DNA of 64,000 nt from Nitrospirota bacterium (GTDB lineage: Bacteria > Nitrospirota > UBA9217): assembly GCA_035623825.1 (NCBI GenBank), contig DASPSR010000022.1, positions 151,858 to 215,857 on the forward strand. The letters are read 5' to 3'. Each line of letters opens with the position of its first letter. Position 1 is the first letter of the stretch. A program made the translations under genes and the position numbers. The notes beneath the pieces were generated by a model. That model had not been told where the DNA came from and made no database searches. It worked only from the letters and a program-made list of their open reading frames with translations. Below are positions 1-8,928 of this stretch, piece after piece.

Positions 1-1012
<1,012 letters not shown>

Positions 1013-1255
1013 TCTTTCATTGTATCACAGTACAGTGAAAATGATAACCCTTTCGACAGGATTCCTATCCCGGGTTTTTTCAGCACGCCCGGTGCTCGAT
1101 GATTCTCTAAAGGGGGAAATAGCCGCCGTGCAGGCCTCTATGGTTTGAGCAACAGTGCCGGCATCGTCCGGCCATGGTTTCAAGTAATTCATGAATTTTA
1201 ATTTGAAATGTCATATAAGAATTGCCGTTCACGACTTGATTTTTTTGAAGGTTGC

Positions 1256-1430
1256 TTAATTGTTCATTAGGAATTTCTTCAGGACGAGAGAAGCGTTGAT
1301 CCCGCCGAAGCCAAGAGAGTTGGAAAGGGCGGTGTGAAGATCCTTTTTCCCGGCGCGGTTGGGGACATACTATGCTGTTGCCGAGCGGTGTGAGACCTCC
1401 CCGTCCGGTTATAACGACGCGGGCTTTCAT
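1256..1430 (-). pseudogene. fabF: Internally deleted beta-ketoacyl-ACP synthase II (fabF-like) relic
   Basis: N-terminal MKARVVITGRGGLTPLGNS joined out of frame to C-terminal YVPNRAGKKDLHTALSNSLGFGGINASLVLKKFLMNN*. Both ends resemble the intact FabF at 59190-60431 ([17 protein letters not shown]; [23 protein letters not shown]). Confidence 0.85.
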
Positions 1431-1437
1431 GGCGCGC

Positions 1438-1466
1438 AGTATAAGACCTTTGAGCATGTTTGTCAA
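1438..1466 (-). promoter_or_regulatory. sigma70 promoter of the fabF relic (probably leaderless)
   Basis: TTGACA-17 nt-TATACT-7 nt-ATG on the minus strand. Confidence 0.65.
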
Positions 1467-1471
1467 AAACA

Positions 1472-1487
1472 TGTGAAGTTTGTCACA
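1472..1487. promoter_or_regulatory. CRP-consensus palindrome (also partly Rex-like) between divergent promoters
   Basis: TGTGA-AGTTTG-TCACA lying between -35 boxes at 1461-1466 (-) and 1498-1503 (+). Confidence 0.5.
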
Positions 1488-1497
1488 GGAAATAAGT

Positions 1498-1525
1498 TTG
1501 ACAATGCCGTATTTTGTGATATATT
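1498..1525 (+). promoter_or_regulatory. sigma70 promoter for the DUF4912 gene
   Basis: TTGACA-16 nt-TATATT with TG extension; RBS-like AAGGGGG before ATG 1565. Confidence 0.5.
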
Positions 1526-1564
1526 TGAGAGGGTAATTCAATGCTGAAATAAAGGGGGTTTGAG

Positions 1565-2512
1565 ATGAAAAAAGCTGAATTAGCGGCAAAGACCGTAGCG
1601 GAACTCAAAGCCCTGGCCAAGAAGAAAAAGATATCGCTGCCCGCTGGGGCAAAGAAAGATGATGTCATCAAAGCGTTAATGGCGTCAGGAACGCGGCCGA
1701 AAGCTGAAAAGCCTGCTGCGAAAAAGAAGGCAGCTCCGAAAAAAGCGGCAGCTAAGAAAAAAGCGGCAGCTCCGAAGCGGCCGGCGGGTCGTGCATCAGG
1801 TTCCGCGCCTGTCGTGAAGACGGTCAAAGAACCTTCCAAAGCCCCTGCACGCAGGTGGGAAATGCCGGCGGGCGTCGAGGAGCCGCTTATGGCGCAGGAG
1901 CGCGTCGCCGAAGCCAAATTCTACACAGGCCCTGTCTCTGAACAGAAGCCGACGTCCGCAAATCGCCCTTACGAGGAACTGCCTCTCGGTTATGGCGAAG
2001 AGAAGATCGCCCTCATGGCGCGGGACCCCTACGTGGCCTATGCGTATTGGGAGGCGACGCCCTCGAGGATAGATCGGGAAAAGGCATGGTTCGGCTGGAA
2101 CAGCAGGCTGTGCGTGCGCATTTACGACGTGACCGGCGTCCAGTTCGACGGCCGGAATGCCCTGGGCTATTACGATCAGGAGGTCTCTGAGAGGATCGGC
2201 AACTGGTATTTCGATCTCGGCAGGCCTACCCATGCGTTCTGTGCCGATCTCGGCCTGCTTTCTCCCGATGGCAAGTTCCTTACGCTCGCTCGGTCGAACT
2301 ATATCACGATGCCGAGGGATGGCGCATCCGATGTAATCGACGAGAATTGGATGATCGTGGACGAGGAATTCTGGAAGCTGTACGGCTACCCCGAGGGAGT
2401 GCCTGGTGGCATTTCATCGCAGCAGGCCCAGGAGATCGTACGGCGTCGCAGACGCATGCAAGAGATCTCCTCTCCCGGCATGTCCTCCCGCGAGAAGGCA
2501 AAGAGGAAGTAG
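1565..2512 (+). CDS. DUF4912-domain protein with N-terminal Rho_N-like helix and K/A-rich linker
   Basis: TVAELKALAKK...KKDDVIKAL N-terminus; ELPLGYGE..IALMARDPY..YAYWE and LARSN..TMPR motifs; adjacent to GH57 as is typical. Confidence 0.85.
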   Translation: MKKAELAAKTVAELKALAKKKKISLPAGAKKDDVIKALMASGTRPKAEKPAAKKKAAPKKAAAKKKAAAPKRPAGRASGSAPVVKTVKEPSKAPARRWEMPAGVEEPLMAQERVAEAKFYTGPVSEQKPTSANRPYEELPLGYGEEKIALMARDPYVAYAYWEATPSRIDREKAWFGWNSRLCVRIYDVTGVQFDGRNALGYYDQEVSERIGNWYFDLGRPTHAFCADLGLLSPDGKFLTLARSNYITMPRDGASDVIDENWMIVDEEFWKLYGYPEGVPGGISSQQAQEIVRRRRRMQEISSPGMSSREKAKRK

Positions 2513-2562
2513 CGGAATACGGCAAGGTCCCGTGCCCGTATGCCTTGCCGGAGGCAAGATGC

Positions 2563-2599
2563 AAGAAAGTCCATCCTTCTCTGGATGGACTTTTCTTTT
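2563..2599 (+). terminator. Intrinsic terminator-like hairpin between DUF4912 and GH57
   Basis: AAGAAAGTCCATCC-TTCTCT-GGATGGACTTTTCTT followed by T residues. Confidence 0.5.
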
Positions 2600-2642
2600 G
2601 TAATTTCCCGCGCAGAAAAGAGAACTATTTATCGGAGGGTGA

Positions 2643-4223
2643 ATGGAAAAGGGCTATCTGGCGCTCGTGCTGCACGGCCATCTGCCGTTTGTGAGACATC
2701 CTGAATACGACCAGTTTCTTGAAGAAGACTGGTTGTACGAGGCGATCACCGAAACCTACATTCCGCTCATCAACGTGTTCGAAAGCTTGGTGAACGACGG
2801 TGTGGATTTCCGCATCACCATGAGCCTTACGCCCACACTTATCGCCATGCTTACGGACCCGCTGCTCCAGCACCGGTATATCCGCCATATCGGCAAACTG
2901 ATCGAGCTCGCAGAGAAGGAAATAGACCGAACGAAAAACCAGCCTGAGTTCAACCCCATTGCCCGCATGTACCTGGAGATGTTCAAGAACGCCCGCCTGA
3001 CGTTCGAAGAAAAATATGGGCGCAATTTGGTGAGTGCCTTCAGGAAATTTCAGGATCTGGGCAAGCTTGAGATCGTCACCTGCGGATCAACGCATGGATT
3101 CCTGCCGCTCATGCTGAACCGTAAGGCCGTCCGTGCACAGATCATGATCGCGGTCGAGCATCACAAGAAACACCTCGGCAGGGCCCCGAAAGGAATTTGG
3201 CTTCCGGAGTGCGGATACTATGAAGGGCTCGACGAGATCCTGAAAGATGCAGGCATCCGCTACTTCTTTACGGACTCCCATGGCGTCTTCCATGCTTCGC
3301 CCCGGCCGAGATACGGCGTGTACGCGCCGATCTACTGTCCTTCTGGTGTTGCCGCCTTTGGCAGAGACATCGAGTCATCCAAACAGGTTTGGAGCTCCAT
3401 CGAGGGTTATCCCGGAGATTACAATTACCGGGAGTTCTACCGTGACGTGGGTTTTGATCTCGAGTATGACTATGTCAAACCCTATCTCCACCCGGACGGG
3501 GTACGCGTCAACCTGGGGATCAAATACTACAAGATAACTGGTACGTCGAACCGTAAAGACCCTTATATCCGGCACTGGGCGCTCGAGAAGGCGGCAGCAC
3601 ATGCGGGCAATTTTCTGTTCAACCGCGAGAAGCAGGTCGAGTGGCTTTCGGATATCTTCAAGAACAGGAAGCCGATCATCGTGGCGCCCTATGATGCGGA
3701 GCTCTACGGCCATTGGTGGTTCGAGGGCCCGGACTGGATCAACTTCCTTCTCAGGAAGGCTGTCTTCGACCAGAAGACCGTGCGACTGATAACGCCGCCT
3801 GAATACCTGACGGAAAACCCCAGCTGTCAGGTCGCCACTCCCTCGACATCGAGCTGGGGGTACAAAGGCTATGCCGAGGTATGGCTCGACGGTTCGAACG
3901 ACTGGATCTATCGCCACCTGCACAAGGCAGCGGAACGCATGGTCGAGCTTGCGCAAAACCACCCGGGAGCTCAGGGGCTTCTGCGCAGAGCCCTTAACCA
4001 GGCAGCGCGGGAATTGCTTTTGGCCCAGAGCTCGGACTGGGCGTTCATCCTCAAAACGGGAAGCCACGTGGCATACGCCATCAAGAGGACGAAGGAACAC
4101 ATACTCCAGTTCACGAAATTGTATGACGATATCAAAGCAAATCATATTGACGAAGGATGGCTCGGCGATATAGAATACAGGGACAATCTGTTCCCCGATA
4201 TCGATTATGCCGTGTATGCTTAA
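2643..4223 (+). CDS. GH57 1,4-alpha-glucan branching enzyme (DUF1957)
   Basis: LVLHGHLPFV, EEDWLYEAITETYIP, GIWLPECGY (nucleophile), APYDAELYGHWWFEG, ELLLAQSSDWAF. Confidence 0.93.
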   Translation: MEKGYLALVLHGHLPFVRHPEYDQFLEEDWLYEAITETYIPLINVFESLVNDGVDFRITMSLTPTLIAMLTDPLLQHRYIRHIGKLIELAEKEIDRTKNQPEFNPIARMYLEMFKNARLTFEEKYGRNLVSAFRKFQDLGKLEIVTCGSTHGFLPLMLNRKAVRAQIMIAVEHHKKHLGRAPKGIWLPECGYYEGLDEILKDAGIRYFFTDSHGVFHASPRPRYGVYAPIYCPSGVAAFGRDIESSKQVWSSIEGYPGDYNYREFYRDVGFDLEYDYVKPYLHPDGVRVNLGIKYYKITGTSNRKDPYIRHWALEKAAAHAGNFLFNREKQVEWLSDIFKNRKPIIVAPYDAELYGHWWFEGPDWINFLLRKAVFDQKTVRLITPPEYLTENPSCQVATPSTSSWGYKGYAEVWLDGSNDWIYRHLHKAAERMVELAQNHPGAQGLLRRALNQAARELLLAQSSDWAFILKTGSHVAYAIKRTKEHILQFTKLYDDIKANHIDEGWLGDIEYRDNLFPDIDYAVYA

Positions 4224-5583
4224 GCCGTCTGTCGTCAAAGAACTGAAAAAGATCGTCGGCCCTGCCAATCTCTCCACATCGCCCGAAGAACTCGTTGTTT
4301 ACTCCTACGACGCCACGCAGCGGGAAGAGCTTCCGTGGGCCGTCGCCCGGCCAGCCTCTACGCGCGAGGTGTCAGAGATCCTCCGCCTTGCGAACCGGGA
4401 GCTGTTCCCGGTTGTACCACGCGGCGCGGGAACCGGCATGTCCGGCGGCTCCGTGCCAATCCAGGGCGGGCTCGTCCTCTCGCTCGAACGGATGAACAAG
4501 ATCCTCGAGATAGACGAGCAGAACCTCATTGCCGTGGTCGAACCAGGCGTGGTAACGGCAGACCTGCAGCGGGAGGTCGAGGCGCGAGGCTTATTCTATC
4601 CGCCGGACCCCGCCAGCCACAAATTCTGCACTATCGGTGGCAACGTGGCCGAGTGCGCTGGCGGCCTTCGTGCCGTAAAGTACGGAGTGACCAAGGACTA
4701 CGTCCTGGGGCTCGAGGTGGTGCTGCCGACGGGGGAGATCATCAAGACGGGCGCGCGCACGGCCAAGAGTGTGGCGGGTTATGACCTCACGAAACTTATA
4801 GTCGGTTCCGAGGGGACGCTCGGCGTAGCCACCATCATCATATTGAGACTCTTGCCTCTACCCGAGAGCGTGCGGACAATAGCTGTTTTTTTCAGCGACA
4901 TCGAAAGTGCCGCATCGGTTGTATCCAAGATCATCGCTAGCCACATCATCCCGTGTGTCTTAGAATTTGTCGATCGGTATGCGCTCCGCGCCGTTGAAGG
5001 CCATCTGAAGGAAGACATTTCGGGCGGTGCCGAAGCCATGCTGCTTATCGAGCTGGACGGGACAGTGGATTCGACGATGCGGGAGAGCGCGCGAATTACT
5101 GAGATCGTGGCTGAGGGCGGGCTGGCCCGTATCAAGAAAGCGGAAACTGACGCGGAGAGGGAGTCGCTCTGGAAGGCGAGGCGCTCGATCTCTCCGGCGC
5201 TGTATGCGATAAAACCGAAAAAGATAAATGAAGACATCGTCGTTCCCCGGAGCAGGATTCCTGATATCCTTCGCGAGATCGAAGTGATAGCGAAGCGGCA
5301 CGATCTTTTGATCGTGAATTTCGGCCATGCGGGTGACGGGAACATCCATACGAATATAATGATCGATGAGACGGAGATGCCGAAGGCCGATGCGGCGGTA
5401 AAGGAGATCTTTGAGGCAACGTTACGGATGGGAGGAAGCATTACCGGAGAGCATGGTATCGGCCTGTCCAAGGCTGCTTACCTGCCTATGGAGGTCGGGC
5501 CCGCTGCGCTGGCTGCAATGAAGCATATCAAACAAGCGCTTGATCCGAACAATGTCCTGAACCCGGGGAAGATATTTCTATAG
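4216..5583 (+). CDS. glcD: FAD-linked oxidase, GlcD/D-lactate dehydrogenase family
   Basis: PRGAGTGMSGG, YPPDPAS, GGNVAECAGG, GSEGTLG, GHAGDGNIH, GEHGIG, LDPNNVLNPGK; start overlaps the GH57 stop by 8 nt. Confidence 0.88.
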   Translation: MLKPSVVKELKKIVGPANLSTSPEELVVYSYDATQREELPWAVARPASTREVSEILRLANRELFPVVPRGAGTGMSGGSVPIQGGLVLSLERMNKILEIDEQNLIAVVEPGVVTADLQREVEARGLFYPPDPASHKFCTIGGNVAECAGGLRAVKYGVTKDYVLGLEVVLPTGEIIKTGARTAKSVAGYDLTKLIVGSEGTLGVATIIILRLLPLPESVRTIAVFFSDIESAASVVSKIIASHIIPCVLEFVDRYALRAVEGHLKEDISGGAEAMLLIELDGTVDSTMRESARITEIVAEGGLARIKKAETDAERESLWKARRSISPALYAIKPKKINEDIVVPRSRIPDILREIEVIAKRHDLLIVNFGHAGDGNIHTNIMIDETEMPKADAAVKEIFEATLRMGGSITGEHGIGLSKAAYLPMEVGPAALAAMKHIKQALDPNNVLNPGKIFL

Positions 5584-5711
5584 ATTCGAAGGAATCCACT
5601 ATGCGGGCGCGAGATCACAAAAGTGCGCAAAGCACAACTTTGTTACAGTTGCAGCCGGGGAATCTTTGGCCGGTTCAGTATGAAAAGATCAGAAGTCGAG
5701 TTTGATAAGGG

Positions 5712-6356
5712 ATGCAGACTGCAAAAAAAGTCATAGAGATCGTTCTTCTTCTCGCCTTCAGCTTTGCAGCACCTTCTCTGGCAGGGGCGTTGGATGCCGT
5801 AGCGCCTGATACGACCGACGAGCTCAGGGCGCAGGTGCATGCCATGGAGCAGGATGAGGCCGCTCTCGAAGAGGAAAACCAAGGCTTGAGGAAGATGCTC
5901 AAGCAAATCGACGACAATGAGATATACCTGGTGGTTGACACCGAGAGCAACCGCCTGACGATGAGGCGGGGGCGGAAGACCCTGATGACAGCGGTGGTGG
6001 GAACGGGCAGTCGGCAGTTTGTGCAGGAAGAGACAGGAAGGAGCTGGTATTTCGAAAGCCCTACAGGAGCGCTGAAGGTTCTCGGCAAGGAGCGTAACCC
6101 CGTCTGGATCAGGCCTGACTGGTCATACGCTGAAGAAAACATGCCGGTGCCACCGGAGAATGACCCTGACAGGATCGTGCGCGGCGTCCTCGGTAAGTAT
6201 GCGCTCATCCTCGGGAACGGCTATAAGATCCACGGGACCAAGTATACCGACCTCTTGGGGACCCATTTTACCCACGGATGTATTTCCGTCGGAGACAAGG
6301 ACCTTGAGACGCTGTATCGGTCTGTAAAGATCGGGACCAAAGTGTACATTTATTAG
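5712..6356 (+). CDS. Secreted L,D-transpeptidase (YkuD family) with coiled coil
   Basis: Signal peptide, coiled coil, catalytic motif IHGT...THGCI. Confidence 0.9.
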   Translation: MQTAKKVIEIVLLLAFSFAAPSLAGALDAVAPDTTDELRAQVHAMEQDEAALEEENQGLRKMLKQIDDNEIYLVVDTESNRLTMRRGRKTLMTAVVGTGSRQFVQEETGRSWYFESPTGALKVLGKERNPVWIRPDWSYAEENMPVPPENDPDRIVRGVLGKYALILGNGYKIHGTKYTDLLGTHFTHGCISVGDKDLETLYRSVKIGTKVYIY

Positions 6357-6377
6357 CGCCGTGTACGGAGTGCTACG

Positions 6378-6890
6378 ATGAAAACTGCGGCAGTGCACTT
6401 GCTTCTCCTGCTCTCGCTGTTTCTCGCTGGGATGAACGGGAACGGACAGGAACCTGATGAGCGCGAAGAACTCCTGCAGCAGCGCGAGGAGCTGAACAAG
6501 AAGATCGAGACGCTGCGGCGCGAGCAGGACTTCCTGCTTTTCGAGAAAGTGCTCTACGCGGCGGACTCCAAGTATCTGATCATCAATCTCGGCTCGAGGG
6601 CGGGACAGCTCAAGTACAAGAACCGGGTGCTTAAGGATTTCCGTTTTAAGGCGTCGCCAAAGCTTGCCGGCTCGATCGGACCCGGGGCTCTGACCCTCAC
6701 GAAGAAAAGAGAGGATCCTGGTCAGAGGCATGTTCTGGTCTTCGGGAAGTCACTCGTCATACAGTGGAAGCGCCCTCCCCGGGCTCCCTACCAGGCGGAT
6801 GTCCCGAGCCTGTCTCTTTCCAAAACAGACTTGCAGTCAATATTTTATGCCCTCGAAGAAGGAGCGAAGGCGTATATCTTGACTAGGTGA
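6378..6890 (+). CDS. Secreted coiled-coil protein, degenerate L,D-transpeptidase-like paralog
   Basis: Colinear similarity to the upstream gene, but IHG is IQW and HGC is VPS. Confidence 0.7.
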   Translation: MKTAAVHLLLLLSLFLAGMNGNGQEPDEREELLQQREELNKKIETLRREQDFLLFEKVLYAADSKYLIINLGSRAGQLKYKNRVLKDFRFKASPKLAGSIGPGALTLTKKREDPGQRHVLVFGKSLVIQWKRPPRAPYQADVPSLSLSKTDLQSIFYALEEGAKAYILTR

Positions 6891-7133
6891 AGCGATTGCA
6901 GCAATCTGAGATTTAGGCCGCTCGGGGAGATGATCAACAATTTTTCTCATGCTGTCCCTGAAACGAAAAAGCGGGAAACACGTCGGTTGTCGACCATGAC
7001 GGCAGATGGCTACATCGTGCAAGCCCGTCTTATCTTCCCCCTCTCTGGCTGATATTATTCCGCATGGCACTTTCTCATATTTCTTTATTGCGCATCACTA
7101 TGGATAGATAGGGTGTCCTTCGGGATTTTCAGA

Positions 7134-7161
7134 TTGACTACGACTGATTTCACGGTATAAT
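7134..7161 (+). promoter_or_regulatory. sigma70 promoter, probably leaderless
   Basis: TTGACT-16 nt-TATAAT-6 nt-ATG (7168); no Shine-Dalgarno. Confidence 0.65.
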
Positions 7162-7167
7162 GAATCC

Positions 7168-8577
7168 ATGCGCGAGCTTACGCGGGGCGAGGAATTTTAT
7201 GACGGTACCGCTCTCTTCGGAGACCCCGTCCATGGGTATATCTCGTTCACCACGCCTCGTGTGACAGGAGAGAAGACCGAAAAGGACCTTATCGATACCC
7301 CCTGGTTGCAGCGCCTGCGGCAGATCTATCAGCTCCAGAGCGCCCGGTGGGTATACCCTTCAGCCGAACACAGCAGGTTCCAGCACTCCCTCGGCGCCAT
7401 GCACCTCGCGGGCAGATTCGCAAGGCACCTCTATCCATCGCTCAAGGCAGCCGTTCCAGACTGTCCGTCCACAAACTACGTAGAAGAGCTCCTGCGCGTG
7501 GCAGCGCTCCTCCATGATGTCGGTCATGGCCCCTTTGGCCATTTTTTTGACGATAATTACCTGGAGCAGTTCGGGCTGACCCACGAAAAACTCGGCCAGC
7601 ACATCATCAGGACGGAGCTCGCGGAAATCATCAAGTCGATTCGCCGCGGCCCAGCCGGGGAGTTCTCCAAGGGCGAACGTCTGAGTCCCGATCAGATAGC
7701 TTTCCTTATCGGCAAGGGATCAATAGTGACTGCAAAGCAGCCAAGGTGGCTCCAGTTCCTTCAGCCGCTGCTTTCGGGCATCTATACCGTGGACAACCTC
7801 GACTATGTGCTGCGCGACGCCTATATGTGCGGGGTTGCCATCGGCGCGGTCGACATCGATCGGCTGATGTATTATACGTTTTTCACGGACAAAGGCCTCA
7901 CGCTCCATAAGTCCGGCCTAACCGCCTTGAACATGTTCCTGAACGCCCGTCTATACATGTACACGAACGTCTACTATCATCGTACAACACGAGCTATTGA
8001 CGAACATCTCAAGGAGTTGTTCAAGGAAACGATGGCTTCGCTTTTCCCGTACAATCCGGTTGAAAATCTCAATGAATATCTCGAACTCACCGACTGGTCC
8101 CTCCTCGAGGCGGTGAGGAAATGGGGGGGTGGAGAGGACGGCTCAACGGCCAAGCTCGGTCGTGAATGGGCCGCCATCCTCTCCCGAGAAGTGAAGTGGA
8201 AGATGGCCTACGACATTACGCTTTCGATGCGCGCGTTCGAAAAAGGGAAGACCATCATCGATGCGGCTGATCTCGTAAAACGCATCAAAAAAAGCCTGCC
8301 GCCGAAGCTGAAGGAACTCGATTTCCGGGTGGACATGGCAAGCCAGGACCCCCGGCCGATCAACCCTCTCATGATGGGCGAGCGCCAGATCTATGTGTTC
8401 AATCCCTCGACGCGGAAGGTCGAAAAAGAACCACTCAAGGATTTCTTCGATTATATTCCTGCGCGCGTGGTCCAGTGCCGGATATTCACCCTGAACCATG
8501 ACCATGACCAGCTCCTCGCCGATATCGTCGAGAGCGTACTTGGGCTTCAGGAGGAGAGCATCAAGACGAATGTCTGA
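7168..8577 (+). CDS. HD-domain phosphohydrolase (YwfO/SAMHD1-like dNTPase family)
   Basis: DPVHGYI, QRLRQIYQL, HSRFQHSLG, LLHDVGHGPFGH, VDNLDY..RD, VYYHRT. Confidence 0.88.
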   Translation: MRELTRGEEFYDGTALFGDPVHGYISFTTPRVTGEKTEKDLIDTPWLQRLRQIYQLQSARWVYPSAEHSRFQHSLGAMHLAGRFARHLYPSLKAAVPDCPSTNYVEELLRVAALLHDVGHGPFGHFFDDNYLEQFGLTHEKLGQHIIRTELAEIIKSIRRGPAGEFSKGERLSPDQIAFLIGKGSIVTAKQPRWLQFLQPLLSGIYTVDNLDYVLRDAYMCGVAIGAVDIDRLMYYTFFTDKGLTLHKSGLTALNMFLNARLYMYTNVYYHRTTRAIDEHLKELFKETMASLFPYNPVENLNEYLELTDWSLLEAVRKWGGGEDGSTAKLGREWAAILSREVKWKMAYDITLSMRAFEKGKTIIDAADLVKRIKKSLPPKLKELDFRVDMASQDPRPINPLMMGERQIYVFNPSTRKVEKEPLKDFFDYIPARVVQCRIFTLNHDHDQLLADIVESVLGLQEESIKTNV

Positions 8578-8928
8578 CTTAATTCCTGATAACCATTCCT
8601 CACCAGCCGTTCTTAGCCGGTTACGACGCCATTTTCCGTAACCCGGCGGACCGATGTAATCTTCATTTCATGATATAGTCGTTTGGCAGGGAGCGGTTTC
8701 GGCCGGATCCTCCGAGCTAGAATGATACGAAAGTCAGGCCTTTCGTCGTGTTCCGGGGTTGAAAGTCGCCATGAGAATCGCAACCTGAATATCAGCTTTC
8801 CGGCTGAGCATGAACCTCGTAACGTCATATTGGTTCATGACAGCCGGATGCGTTTCATGTACATTATATTTGCACCATCTGGGGTTCATCAATCTAAACG
8901 CATCTCTTTATTGCTGGTGCTTTCATTT

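Noticed and set aside
1107-1589. 160-aa ORF on the minus strand
   Set aside because: It runs through promoter DNA and the fabF relic; only MKARVVITG...PLGNS is protein-like.
1700-1780. Repeated AAAAA(G/A)GCGGCAGCT units as a possible CRISPR or DNA repeat
   Set aside because: They encode the KKAAPKKAAAKKKAAAPK low-complexity linker of DUF4912; there are no spacers.
7168-8577. HD dNTPase as an anti-phage defence gene
   Set aside because: It has host-like composition, sits among housekeeping genes and has no defence-island context.
8578-8928. 350-nt gap between the HD gene and tkt with short ORFs
   Set aside because: No recognisable protein motif, RBS-supported ORF or stable structure found by eye.
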